DNA of 64,000 nt from a bacterium (lineage in GTDB: Bacteria; ARS69): positions 891,126 through 955,125 of the forward strand of contig JAWKKG010000003.1 in NCBI GenBank assembly GCA_041393395.1, in the 5' to 3' direction. The position numbers and the translations under genes are program-made. Positions 44,320 to 54,192 of this stretch are shown one piece after another. Position 1 is the stretch's first letter, and every line of letters begins with the position of its first letter. The notes below the pieces were generated by a model. The model was not told the DNA's origin. It was given only the letters and a program-made list of their open reading frames with translations, and searched no databases.

Positions 44320-45201
44320 CTAACCCGCCTTCCGCTTCGCCTTCGCCCGCGTCTTCGTGCTCGGCGACATCTTCGTGGCGACCTTCTTGCTCGCCTTCCG
44401 GGGCGCGGCGGGGGCGGCCTTGCGCGCGCCCTCCACGGAGGCCTTGAGCGCCTCCATCAGGTTGATCACCTTCGGCTCTTCCACGTCCGGCGCCGCGACG
44501 ACCTCCTGGCCCTCGATCTTCAGCTCGATGAGCGCGCGCATCTCGCCGACGTACTCGTCCTTCCACTGCGCGTAGTCGAAGTCCTCGCGCTTCGTGGCGT
44601 CCACGAGCATTTTCGTGAGCTTCTTCTCCTCGGCCGTGATCTTCGTCGCCTTCACGCCGTCCGCGAACTCCCCGGGCTGGCGCACCTTCTCCGCGTACTG
44701 GAGGACGTTCATCACGAGCAGATCCTCCAGCGGGCGGATCGCGACCATCTGCGTGCGGCCGGAGAGGATCGCGGTGCCGATCGCGTAGAGGTCCTCGTCG
44801 CGCATGGACTCGCGCAGGAGCTGGTACGGCTTCTGGCCGGCGGGGCCGTCGGGCTGCAGGTAGTACGCGCGCCCCGCGAAGTACATCGGATCGAGCTGGT
44901 CCCTGGGGACGAAGCACTCGATGTCCACGGCCTTCTCGCTCTTCTTCCGGAGCTTCTGCACTTCCTCGGGATCGATCACGACGTACTCGTCCTTCGTGTG
45001 CTCGAAGCCCGAGACGATCTCGTCGTTCGCGACCTCGCCGTGATCGGGGCAGATCTTCTTGTAGCGGATCCGCTGGTTGCAGTCCTTGTGGAGCTGGTTC
45101 AGACGGATCTCGGCTCCCGTCTGGTTCGCGGTGAAGCCGCGGACCGGAACGGAGACGAGGCTCAGGCGGATGAATCCCCGGAAAGACGAGCGCGGTGGCA
45201 T
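44320..45201 (-). CDS. ku: Ku protein (NHEJ)
   Basis: FRGFIRLSLVSVPVRGF, YKKICPDHG, MYFAGRAYYLQPDG. Lys-rich C-terminal tail. Confidence 0.93.
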   Translation of the reverse strand: MPPRSSFRGFIRLSLVSVPVRGFTANQTGAEIRLNQLHKDCNQRIRYKKICPDHGEVANDEIVSGFEHTKDEYVVIDPEEVQKLRKKSEKAVDIECFVPRDQLDPMYFAGRAYYLQPDGPAGQKPYQLLRESMRDEDLYAIGTAILSGRTQMVAIRPLEDLLVMNVLQYAEKVRQPGEFADGVKATKITAEEKKLTKMLVDATKREDFDYAQWKDEYVGEMRALIELKIEGQEVVAAPDVEEPKVINLMEALKASVEGARKAAPAAPRKASKKVATKMSPSTKTRAKAKRKAG

Positions 45202-45338
45202 GGTTCTCCCTGCGTTTGAAGAGGCCCGTTCAGTCTGACGCCGGAACGCTCGAAACGCCAACCGCTTTCTGTGGAAGGGCCCCGGCGATCGCCGGATCCG
45301 GCCGCCGGATCGGAAGCGATTTCGGAGCGACGATTCGA

Positions 45339-46703
45339 CTACTTCCCCGTCAGCCCGTGCTTCTTGAGGAAATACCCCAGATTCCGCTCGTCGATCCCGA
45401 GGGAGCGCGCGGCCTCGCGCCGCACGCCCTGCGAGCGACGGAGCGCCTCCTCCAGCAGCCGACGTTCCTCCGCGGCGAGCGCCGCCCGCAGCGTGGTGGG
45501 CGGCTCGCCGTTCTCCTCGCGGGCCGCGTCGCGGATGTCGGCGGGGAGCAGGTCCTCGCCGATCGTGTCGCCGCTCGCGAGGAGCACGCCGCGCTCGACC
45601 ACGTTGCGGAGCTCGCGAACGTTGCCGGGCCAGCCGTAGCGGCGGAGCGCGGCCATCGCGGCGTCGTCGATCGTGCGCACGCCCTTGTTGAGTCGCGCGC
45701 TGAACTCCTCCACGAACGCGCGCGCGAGTACCGGCACGTCGTCCGGGCGCTCGCGCAGCGGCGGGATCGCGATCGTGAGCACGTTGATGCGGTAGTACAG
45801 GTCCGGACGGAAGCGCCCGGCCTCGACCTCGGCCGCGAGGTCCGCGTTGCTCGCGCAGATCAACCGCACGTCCACGTTCGTGGGCAGGCTGTCGCCCACG
45901 CGATCGAAGCTGCCGTCCTGCAGCACGCGCAGCACCTTGGCCTGCGCGATCGCCGGCAGCGAGTTGATCTCGTCCAGGAACAGCGTGCCGTGGTGCGCCA
46001 CCCGGAACCGGCCCACGCGATCCGACACCGCGCCCGTGAACGCGCCCTTGCGGTGCCCGAAGAACTCGCTCTCGAACAGCTCGGTGGGGATCGCGGCGCA
46101 GTTCACGCGCACGAACGCGCCCTCGGCGCGCGCGCTGCGGCGATGGATCAGCTGCGCGACCTCTTCCTTGCCGGTGCCGGACTCGCCCACGAGCAGTACG
46201 GACGTGTCGGTGGGCGCCGCGAGCTCCGCGATCGACACGACCTGCTTCCACTCCGCACTCACGCCGAGCGGCTCGTCGTGCTTCTCCTGCGACGCCTTCC
46301 GGTCGCGCAGGTAGTCGACCTCGCGCTTCAGGTCGGACTGCGCGGTCGCGCGCTCGAGGATGATGCCGAGCTCGTCCGGCTCCACCGGCTTCATCACGTA
46401 CTCGAACGCGCCCGCCTTCATGCAGTCCACCGCGGACTTCACCGTGCCGTGGCCCGTGAGCACGATCACCGGAAGTGCCGGGTCCGTCTTCGCGAGGCGG
46501 CCGACGAGCGTGAGCCCGTCCTCGTCCGGCATGCGCAGGTCGGAGATCACGACGTCCACGCCGTCCAGCAGATGCGCCTGCGTGGCGTCCTTCGCGGAGG
46601 ATGCCACGCGCACGATCCAGCCGCGCCGCTCCAGCAGCTTCGCGAGCGAGTCGCGGACGTAGTCCTCGTCGTCCACGAGCAGCACGGTTCCCGCCTTCTT
46701 CAT
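45339..46703 (-). CDS. sigma-54-dependent response regulator (NtrC family)
   Basis: REC domain (VLLVDDED, VVISDLRMPDEDG). GESGTGKE, exact GAFTGA, C-terminal HTH. ATGA overlap with the kinase stop. Confidence 0.93.
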   Translation of the reverse strand: MKKAGTVLLVDDEDYVRDSLAKLLERRGWIVRVASSAKDATQAHLLDGVDVVISDLRMPDEDGLTLVGRLAKTDPALPVIVLTGHGTVKSAVDCMKAGAFEYVMKPVEPDELGIILERATAQSDLKREVDYLRDRKASQEKHDEPLGVSAEWKQVVSIAELAAPTDTSVLLVGESGTGKEEVAQLIHRRSARAEGAFVRVNCAAIPTELFESEFFGHRKGAFTGAVSDRVGRFRVAHHGTLFLDEINSLPAIAQAKVLRVLQDGSFDRVGDSLPTNVDVRLICASNADLAAEVEAGRFRPDLYYRINVLTIAIPPLRERPDDVPVLARAFVEEFSARLNKGVRTIDDAAMAALRRYGWPGNVRELRNVVERGVLLASGDTIGEDLLPADIRDAAREENGEPPTTLRAALAAEERRLLEEALRRSQGVRREAARSLGIDERNLGYFLKKHGLTGK

Positions 46704-48277
46704 TTCGTTCCTCCGAGCGGAAGCTCCACGGTGAAGCGCGCGCCGCCGTCCGCGCGGTTCTCGCCGCGGATCGTGCCTCCGTGGTCCTCCACGATGCCGT
46801 GGCAGATCGCGAGTCCGAGTCCGGTCGAGCCGCGCGTGGAATGGAACGGCTCGAACAGGCGACGTTTCACCTCGTCGGTCAGGCCGGGGCCGCGGTCCTC
46901 CACGGACACGATCGCGAGCGCGCCGCCGTTCTCCAGCGCGGCGCGCACGTCCACGCGGCCGGATTCGGGCTGCGCGTGGCACGCGTTCAGCACGAGATTC
47001 AGGAACAGCTGGCCGAGGGTCGTGGAGTTGCCCTCCAGCGCGAGCGGCCGCGACGTCTCCAGCGCCAGCTCCAGGTGCCGGAACTCGGGGTTGCGACGCA
47101 CGAACGACACGGTGCGGTCCAGCACGTCGGCGAGGTCGACGGGTTCGCGCGGGCTGCGTCCCGGGTCCGCGAACGAGAGCACCTGCCGCACGATGCCCGC
47201 GGTGCGATCGAGTCCCTCCTGCACGCGATCCACGAGCGGCTCGGCCTCCTCCGCGCGTCCCTCGCGGAGATCGTCGCGCAGGAGTGCCAGGTAGTTCGCC
47301 ATGCCCTCGAGCGGGTTGTTGATCTCGTGCGCGATGCCGGCCGCGAGCCGGCCGACGCTCGCGAGACGGTCCGCGTGCTGCACCTGTCGCTCCAGCTCGC
47401 GCACGCGTTCCTGGTGCCGGTTCTCCGCCTCGGCGCGATCCGCGCGCCGTGCGTGCCGGTACGCGAACACGGCGAGGCCGAACGCGCCGGACAGGAGCAC
47501 GAAGTCGAGCAGCAGCGTCGTGCGGAACCGGCGCGCGAGAACGTCGTAGGAACCGAGCAGCTCGCTCTCGTTCTCGCGGCGCGCGAGCGTCCAGTGAATC
47601 GGCGGGGTCCAGTCCGCGCGCTCCACGGGCTGGCGCACGGTCACGATTCCCGCCGCTCGTTCCGCCGTGGGGGTCGCAAGCGGCTCGGTCGTGAGCGTGA
47701 GCGTGGCGTTGCCGGCCGGGACGGCGGTGTCGAGCAGGCGGACGGGCGCGATCCACGCGAGCAGCGTGCCGGCGCCGACCCGTCGGCCGAGCGGCCACAC
47801 GGAGCGTACGGTCGCGGCGAGGGCGTCGTCGTTCTCGAGGTTCTCGAGATCGTCGGCGCCGAGGAACACGGGGCGGTCCTGTCGGCGACCGATGCCGAGC
47901 AGCTCCGTGCCGTCGCGACCGAGGAGAACGAGTCGCTCGATCGCCGCGTGCGATTCCGCGAACAGGTACAGCGTGCCTTCCACGTCGAGTCGGCCCTGCC
48001 GCTGCCGGAACGGATCGTCGTCGATCAGCATCTCGGCCGCGCGCGTGATGGTGGGCGACTGCGCGAGGAACAGGAGATCGCCGCGGAGCGTGGCGAGCGC
48101 GGACTCCACGGTGCGCGCCTGCGCGGTGGTGCGCAGCGCGAGATCCGCGACCGCGATCTCCCGCGCCTCGCGCCGCGAATCGATCAGCCCCCAGATCGCC
48201 ACGCCGAGAATCGCGACGAGGGTCACGGCCAGGATGACGAGGACGCCGGATCGGCGGCGGGACGGGGTGGGACTCAT
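46700..48277 (-). CDS. membrane sensor histidine kinase (NtrB/AtoS-like)
   Basis: Two TM segments flank a ~250-aa periplasmic region. H-box GIAHEINNPLEG. HATPase EDRGPGL / GLGLAICHG. Alternative start at 48310. Confidence 0.85.
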   Translation of the reverse strand: MSPTPSRRRSGVLVILAVTLVAILGVAIWGLIDSRREAREIAVADLALRTTAQARTVESALATLRGDLLFLAQSPTITRAAEMLIDDDPFRQRQGRLDVEGTLYLFAESHAAIERLVLLGRDGTELLGIGRRQDRPVFLGADDLENLENDDALAATVRSVWPLGRRVGAGTLLAWIAPVRLLDTAVPAGNATLTLTTEPLATPTAERAAGIVTVRQPVERADWTPPIHWTLARRENESELLGSYDVLARRFRTTLLLDFVLLSGAFGLAVFAYRHARRADRAEAENRHQERVRELERQVQHADRLASVGRLAAGIAHEINNPLEGMANYLALLRDDLREGRAEEAEPLVDRVQEGLDRTAGIVRQVLSFADPGRSPREPVDLADVLDRTVSFVRRNPEFRHLELALETSRPLALEGNSTTLGQLFLNLVLNACHAQPESGRVDVRAALENGGALAIVSVEDRGPGLTDEVKRRLFEPFHSTRGSTGLGLAICHGIVEDHGGTIRGENRADGGARFTVELPLGGTK

Positions 48278-48422
48278 AGCGCCTATGATACGCCAGTTCT
48301 CGCGGTTCATGGAACATATGAACCCGAAGTCGCGAATCTGCCGGGGGGCCGGTGAGGGCTGGGCGGCGACTGGAGGCAGCGTGGCGCCGCGGGAGGGGGG
48401 TGGCGGTCCGTTGCGGCGGCGG

Positions 48423-49661
48423 CTAACGACCCAGCACGATGAGGCGTGTCGCAGAACGAGCCCCGCCGTCCGGCCGCAGGAAGTAGATCCCGGCCGCCAC
48501 CGGCCGGCCGAGGTCGGTCCGGAGGTCCCAGCGGGCGGCGCCCGCGGGCAGGGTGCGGATCCGGCGGCCGGCCAGGTCGAAGACCGCGATCTCGGCCCCG
48601 CCCACGGAGAGCTCCACGGCGTTCGCACCGGCCGGGGCCGGGTTCGGCCAGACCCGGAAGGGCGGGGCCACGGCCGGCGCGAGCTCTGCGATCGCGTCCG
48701 GCGCCCCCGGGGCCGCCGGGTCGCCCGCATCGAACTGCACCGAGATGGTCATCCGGAACGAGCGCGTGCCTCCCGCGGGCCACACGTCGACGGGCGGGAA
48801 CACCACGAGCAACCGCACGTCGTCCGGGAACCCGGGCGCGGGATCGATCGTCGGCCGGTCCGCGAAGTCCCCGCGCATGAGTCGCCACCGCGCGGTGTCG
48901 TCCGGCGGATCGATGGAGTCCAGCGTGAGGTGCACGCGGTGGAACGCGTTCTGCACGGCACCGATCCCGAGCGACAGCCCGGGCGAATCCTCGGGGATCA
49001 CGTCGGAGTCCTCGAGACACACGGTGTCGCCGCGCCGCGCGAGCGACGTCGAGCCCCACGCCTCGAAGCGCACCGTGTCGTCGCCCCAGTACGCGGTGCC
49101 GGAGCTCGCGCGACCGAGATCCGGATCGAGCTGCAGGCCCACGAACACCTCGGTCCACGCGCCGCCGGACTCGTTCGTGATCTCCCAGGTGACGTCGATG
49201 GCGGGGCCGCCGTGCGGGATCTGCACCGGCACGGCGCGCTCGTGCACGAACGCTCCGAGCGCCTGGTGATCGGTCGCCGGCACGTCGTCCGTGAACTCGG
49301 CCGCGAGTCGTTCCGCGAGCGGCAGGTCCGTGTCGCGATCGGGCGCCACCGGCGCGAACTCGGGCGGCCACGCGGTGGACACGAGCGTGTCGGCGCGCGT
49401 CGGCGACGGGACGATCGCGCCGAGCCACAATCCGCCGAACATCCGGAACGTCTCGCTCGCGGGACCGTTGAGGAGCTGGCCGTCGTCGCGGACGGAGATC
49501 GAGGAACCCGCGAGCGGCAGCGATCCGACCGTATCGGCGAGCGCGGCGCCGGATCGCGAGTCGAATCGTGAGCCGAAGAGCGAGCCGGTCCACGGGGAGA
49601 GAAGGGCCAGGAGAACGGCGACGCTCGCGGTCCGGACGGATCGTGTCCAGTAAGCGGCCAT
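48423..49661 (-). CDS. secreted hypothetical protein with a FlgD-Ig/T9SS-like C-terminal domain
   Basis: Signal peptide. C-terminus is FRVWPNPA...IAVFDLAGRRIRTL...GIYFLRP. Confidence 0.75.
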   Translation of the reverse strand: MAAYWTRSVRTASVAVLLALLSPWTGSLFGSRFDSRSGAALADTVGSLPLAGSSISVRDDGQLLNGPASETFRMFGGLWLGAIVPSPTRADTLVSTAWPPEFAPVAPDRDTDLPLAERLAAEFTDDVPATDHQALGAFVHERAVPVQIPHGGPAIDVTWEITNESGGAWTEVFVGLQLDPDLGRASSGTAYWGDDTVRFEAWGSTSLARRGDTVCLEDSDVIPEDSPGLSLGIGAVQNAFHRVHLTLDSIDPPDDTARWRLMRGDFADRPTIDPAPGFPDDVRLLVVFPPVDVWPAGGTRSFRMTISVQFDAGDPAAPGAPDAIAELAPAVAPPFRVWPNPAPAGANAVELSVGGAEIAVFDLAGRRIRTLPAGAARWDLRTDLGRPVAAGIYFLRPDGGARSATRLIVLGR

Positions 49662-49735
49662 GAAGACCTCCGGAAAGAGTCTGCTCCCGATCCGCCGGGA
49701 CGTCCACCGGCGCGAAAGACGGCTATGATCCCGGC

Positions 49736-51814
49736 ATGAGCGCCCGGAAGAAGAACGACTCGCTGGATGCCTACCGCAAGAAGCGCGACTTCGGCCGCAC
49801 CACGGAGCCGGCGCCGTCTCCCGCGCGTCGCGAGGAGTCGGAGCGGGCCACCGGGGTCGACCGCGGCCGGTTCGTGATCCACCGACACGAGGCGCGGAAC
49901 CTCCACTACGACCTGCGCCTCGAGATGGACGGAGTGCTCAAATCCTGGGCGGTGCCGCGCGGCTTTTCCTGGGATCCCGCGGACAAGCACCTCGCCGTAC
50001 AGACCGAGGATCACCCGATCGAGTACCTCGATTTCGACGGCGTGATCCCCAAGGGCGAGTACGGCGCGGGCACCATGGTGATCTGGGACGTCGGCACGTT
50101 CGTGGAGATCCAGGGCGACGGCCTCGCCGCGCTCGAAGCGGGCGAGCTGAAGCTCGAGCTGGACGGCGCGCGCCTGCGCGGGCAGTGGCACGTCGTGCGC
50201 ACGCGCGGCGAGAAGGACTGGCTCCTGTTCAAGACGCGCGATCGCTACGTGCGCGCGCCGGGGGAAGGCGCCTTTCCGATCGACCTCACGCGCGAGGCGC
50301 GTTCCGACTTTCCCGCGAAGGTGCGCGCGATGCGCGCGACCACGGCGGACGCGCCGCTCGACGATCCGGAGCTCCTGTACGAGCTGGACTTCGCCGGCCA
50401 GCGTCTGCTCGCGTTCGTGCGAGACGGCGACGAGGTCTCTTTCCACGACGCCGACGGTCGCGCCTTCCGTCCCGCACTCGAGGAGCTTTCCGAGGAGCTC
50501 CGCGGCCTTCGCGCCCGCGACGCGATCCTGGACGGCGTCCTGGTGGCGACGGACGACACGGATCGCCCGGATGCGAAGGAGCTCGCGCGCCGGCTGAAGG
50601 CGGGGGACACGGCGGGCCTCGTGTACTACGCATTCGATCTGCTTCGCTACGACGACTGGGATCTTCGCGCGCAGCCCTTGCTCCGACGCAAGGAGGCGCT
50701 GGCCGACGTGCTGCCGGACTCGAAGCGCCTGCTGTACGTGGATCACGTGGCCGGCCGCGGGCGGGATCTGCTCGCCGTCGTGGAGGCCGGCGCGCTGCCG
50801 GGCATCGTGGCGAAGGCGGCGTCTTCCCCGTACGAGGCCGGCGAGTCCGAAAGCTGGCGACGGATCGGAGCGGGCAAGCCGGGCAAGAAGACCGCCGGGA
50901 GCGTGCACGACGCGCTCGGCGGCGCGCGTCGCAAGGGCCGCGTGAAGTTCTCGAACCTCGAGAAGATCTACTGGCCGAAGGAGGAGATCACCAAGGGGCA
51001 GCTCCTCGACTACTACGACGCCGTGGCCGATCGCATCCTGCCGTACCTGCGCGACCGGCCGTGTCACATGCTGCGCTACCCGGACGGCATCGAGGGGAAG
51101 TTCTTCTACCAGAAGAACGTCGTGGGGCGCGTGCCGGACTGGGTGCCCACGCAGCTCATCAAGATGGAGGGCGGGGAGGAGATCCGCTACGTCGTGTGCA
51201 ACGACCGCGACACGCTGCTCTACCTCGTGAACCTCGGCAGCATCGACCTGCACCCGTGGCTCTCGCGCTGCGACGATCCCGAGACACCGGACGTCGCGGT
51301 CATCGACCTCGATCCGTCGACGGACGACTTCGGCCCCGTGATCCGGATCGCGCAGACGGTGGGCAAGATCCTGCGCGGCGCCGGCCTGCGCCCGTACCTG
51401 AAGACCTCCGGCAAGACCGGCCTGCACATCTACCTGCCGCTCGAGCGGCGCTACTCGTACGAGCAGGTGCGGATGTTCTGCGAGGCGGTCGCGCGCATGA
51501 CGGTGCAGGAGCATCGTGACATCGCCACCGTGGAGCGCAACGTCCAGCGTCGCGACACGCGCCTCTACGTGGACTTCGGCCAGAACCGTCGCGAGCAGAC
51601 GCTGGTCCCGCCCTACGTGGTGCGCCCGGTGGCCGGCGCGACCGTGTCGACCCCGCTCGACTGGGACGAGCTCCGCAGCGGCCTGCATCCGTCGCAGTTC
51701 GACCTCTTCAACGTGCCGGAGCGGCTGGAGCTCCGGGGCGACCTGTTCCTGGGTGTGGTGAACGACCCGCAGGGGCTCGAGGACGCGATCGAGGCGCTGT
51801 CGCGGCGGGGGTAG
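49736..51814 (+). CDS. ligD: LigD-like NHEJ protein: phosphoesterase - degenerate ligase-like - polymerase/primase
   Basis: PE domain: FVIHRHEARNLHYDLRLE, HPIEYLDFDG. The middle domain aligns to the ligase fold, but motif I reads YELDFAGQR. Pol domain: KFSNLEKIYWP, IDLHPW, VIDLDP, KTSGKTGLHIYLP. Confidence 0.88.
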   Translation: MSARKKNDSLDAYRKKRDFGRTTEPAPSPARREESERATGVDRGRFVIHRHEARNLHYDLRLEMDGVLKSWAVPRGFSWDPADKHLAVQTEDHPIEYLDFDGVIPKGEYGAGTMVIWDVGTFVEIQGDGLAALEAGELKLELDGARLRGQWHVVRTRGEKDWLLFKTRDRYVRAPGEGAFPIDLTREARSDFPAKVRAMRATTADAPLDDPELLYELDFAGQRLLAFVRDGDEVSFHDADGRAFRPALEELSEELRGLRARDAILDGVLVATDDTDRPDAKELARRLKAGDTAGLVYYAFDLLRYDDWDLRAQPLLRRKEALADVLPDSKRLLYVDHVAGRGRDLLAVVEAGALPGIVAKAASSPYEAGESESWRRIGAGKPGKKTAGSVHDALGGARRKGRVKFSNLEKIYWPKEEITKGQLLDYYDAVADRILPYLRDRPCHMLRYPDGIEGKFFYQKNVVGRVPDWVPTQLIKMEGGEEIRYVVCNDRDTLLYLVNLGSIDLHPWLSRCDDPETPDVAVIDLDPSTDDFGPVIRIAQTVGKILRGAGLRPYLKTSGKTGLHIYLPLERRYSYEQVRMFCEAVARMTVQEHRDIATVERNVQRRDTRLYVDFGQNRREQTLVPPYVVRPVAGATVSTPLDWDELRSGLHPSQFDLFNVPERLELRGDLFLGVVNDPQGLEDAIEALSRRG

Positions 51815-51923
51815 GGCGACCAACTTTCTTGGTCACGCGACCACCTTTGGGTGGTAGGTCGGGAACCGGCTGGATCCGCCGCGGGACCTCGCGTACGCTG
51901 ACGCGGCTTCGGGAGGCTGCCCC

Positions 51924-52853
51924 GTGATCCGAGTCGAGAACCTGCGCAAGACCTACGGCGACTTCGTGGCGGTCGACGGGGTCTCGTTCGCGGCCGAGCC
52001 CGGCCAGGTGTTCGGGCTCCTCGGTCCGAACGGCGCCGGCAAGTCCACCACGATCGGTTGCATCTCCGGCCTGCTCCGCCCCACCGACGGCCACGTCTCC
52101 GTGCTCGGCCACGACGTGGTGTCCGACGGTCCGGCCTCGCGCCGTCAGCTCGGCGTGGTGCCGCAGGAGCTGGCGCTCTACGAGGACCTCTCCGCGCGCG
52201 AGAACCTCGAGTACTGGGGCGCCGCGTACGGGCTGCGCGGCGCGGCTCTCGCGGCGCGCGTCGACTCCGTGCTCGGCACGATCGGGCTCGCGGACCGCGC
52301 GAAGGATCCGCCGAGCAAGTTCTCCGGCGGAATGAAACGTCGCCTGAACTTCGGGTGCGGCATCGTGCACGAGCCGCACGCGTTGCTGCTGGACGAGCCG
52401 ACCGTGGGCGTGGATCCGCAGAGTCGCGTCAACCTGCTCGACCTCGTGCGCGAGCAGGCGAAGCGAGGCGTGTGCGTGCTCTACACCACGCACTACATGG
52501 AGGAGGCGGAGAGCCTCTGCGACACGATCGCGATCGTGGACCACGGCAAGATCATCGCCGCCGGCACGCTGGACGAACTGCGCGTGCTGATCGGCGAGCG
52601 CGATCTCTTGCGCCTGACCGGCACGTTCGATCCCACACGCGTCCGCGAGGTGCTCGGCCGTATCGACGACGCGGAGGTCGTGCAGGCCGAGCCGGAATCG
52701 CTCACGGTCGCGATGCGCGGCGCGTCGGGTCGCCTGTCCGACGTGTTCCAGGCGCTTCGCGAGAGCGGGGCGGAAGTCCGGGAGACCACGCTCACGCGCC
52801 CGAACCTCGAGAGCCTGTTCATCAAGCTCACCGGCAAGGAGCTCCGCGAGTGA
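51924..52853 (+). CDS. ABC transporter ATP-binding protein (ABC-2 type)
   Basis: Walker A GPNGAGKST, signature FSGGMKRRL, Walker B LLLDEP. Confidence 0.93.
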   Translation: MIRVENLRKTYGDFVAVDGVSFAAEPGQVFGLLGPNGAGKSTTIGCISGLLRPTDGHVSVLGHDVVSDGPASRRQLGVVPQELALYEDLSARENLEYWGAAYGLRGAALAARVDSVLGTIGLADRAKDPPSKFSGGMKRRLNFGCGIVHEPHALLLDEPTVGVDPQSRVNLLDLVREQAKRGVCVLYTTHYMEEAESLCDTIAIVDHGKIIAAGTLDELRVLIGERDLLRLTGTFDPTRVREVLGRIDDAEVVQAEPESLTVAMRGASGRLSDVFQALRESGAEVRETTLTRPNLESLFIKLTGKELRE

Positions 52854-52875
52854 CGGCCGCGCGCAGGACGCCGCG

Positions 52876-54192
52876 ATGAGCTTCGTCCTCGCCACGCTGC
52901 GGAAGGACTTCAAGCGGATCCTCCAGGATCCCGCGGCGCTCGTCTCCTGGCTCGGGATCCCGCTGCTGATCGGAACGATCATGGTGCTGCTCTCCGGCGG
53001 CAAGGAGGGCCCGAAGCCGCAGGCGCACGTGCTCGTGGTGGACCGGGACGACTCGTTCCTGTCCGGACTGCTGGTCGGTTCGCTGAGCCAGGATCGTGCC
53101 GGCGGGTTCGTGCAGGCCGAGTCCGTGGAGGAGAGCGAGGGGCGCGCGCGGATCGCGAAGGGCGAGGCGAGCGCTCTGCTCGTGATCCCGGAGGGCTTCG
53201 CCGACGCGTTGCTGCAGGACGAACCCGCCGAGATCGAGCTCGTGAAGAACCCCGCCCAGCGGATCCTCCCCGGCCTCGTGGAGGAGATGGTCTCGGTGAT
53301 GGTGGAGGGAACGTTCTACGCGCAGCGCACGTTCGGCGACGAGCTGCGCCCGATCTTCGACGACCTGCGCGCCCGCGAGGACGCGGGAGAGAGCACCGGC
53401 CCCTCCGATCAGCTCGTGTCGACGGTGGCGATCCGCGTGAACGGCATCGTGGAGCGTCTGCAGAACGAGCTGTTCCCGCCCGCGATCGTGCTGCGCACGG
53501 AGGCGCCGCCGGAGATCCGCGCGGCGATCGCGGATTCGATCGCGGCGGCGGGTGGCGACGTCGAGGAGAAGGAGCCGGCCGCGAAGCGGACGATCGCGCT
53601 GCTGTTCGTGCCGGGGTTGCTGTTCATGTCCCTGCTGTTCATGTCGCAGGGCATCGCCTCGGACGTCTGGCGCGAGCGCGAGATGAAGACGTTGCGGCGC
53701 GTAGTCGCGTCTCCGCGGCCGGTGGCGGCGTTCCTGCTCGGCAAGGTGCTCGCCGGCGTGGCGTTCGTGGCGGCCGTCGCGGCGGTCGCGCTCGCGGCGG
53801 GCTACGCGTACTTCGAGCTCCCCTGGGCGACGTATCCCCTCGCCGTCGCCTGGTGCGCGATCTCGGGCGCGCTGCTGATCGTGCTGCTCGCGTGGATCAA
53901 GATGGGCGCCGGGAGTGCGCGCGCCTCCGAGATCCTGTCCATGGCGGTGATCTTTCCGCTGATGATGCTGGGCGGGAGCTTCTTTCCGTTCGAGGCGATG
54001 CCGGAAGGCATGAGGGCGATCGGCAAGTGGACGCCGAACGGCTGGGCGCTGCTTCGGTTGAAGGAGATCCTGCTCGGCGAGATCGCGCCCGCCACGCTCG
54101 CCGCCTCGCTCGGCGGCCTGCTCGCCGTGATCGCGGTCCTGTTCCTGCTCTCCGCGCGACGCCTCGGCGGACGCTTCGCGAGGTCCGGATGA
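52876..54192 (+). CDS. ABC-2 family permease
   Basis: N-terminal TM, large extracytoplasmic loop, then 5 C-terminal TM segments. Confidence 0.8.
   Translation: MSFVLATLRKDFKRILQDPAALVSWLGIPLLIGTIMVLLSGGKEGPKPQAHVLVVDRDDSFLSGLLVGSLSQDRAGGFVQAESVEESEGRARIAKGEASALLVIPEGFADALLQDEPAEIELVKNPAQRILPGLVEEMVSVMVEGTFYAQRTFGDELRPIFDDLRAREDAGESTGPSDQLVSTVAIRVNGIVERLQNELFPPAIVLRTEAPPEIRAAIADSIAAAGGDVEEKEPAAKRTIALLFVPGLLFMSLLFMSQGIASDVWREREMKTLRRVVASPRPVAAFLLGKVLAGVAFVAAVAAVALAAGYAYFELPWATYPLAVAWCAISGALLIVLLAWIKMGAGSARASEILSMAVIFPLMMLGGSFFPFEAMPEGMRAIGKWTPNGWALLRLKEILLGEIAPATLAASLGGLLAVIAVLFLLSARRLGGRFARSG

Noticed and set aside
45202-45338. A sigma-54 promoter for ku downstream of the second NtrC-type regulator.
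   Set aside because: The best candidate on the minus strand, TGGCGTTTCGAGCGTT, has a degenerate -24 box and GT instead of GC at -12.
51818-51855. Two tandem short hairpins after ligD: GACCAA-ctttc-TTGGTC and ACCACC-tttg-GGTGGT.
   Set aside because: The stems are only 6 bp and there is no clear U-tract. This is too weak to annotate as a terminator or repeat element.
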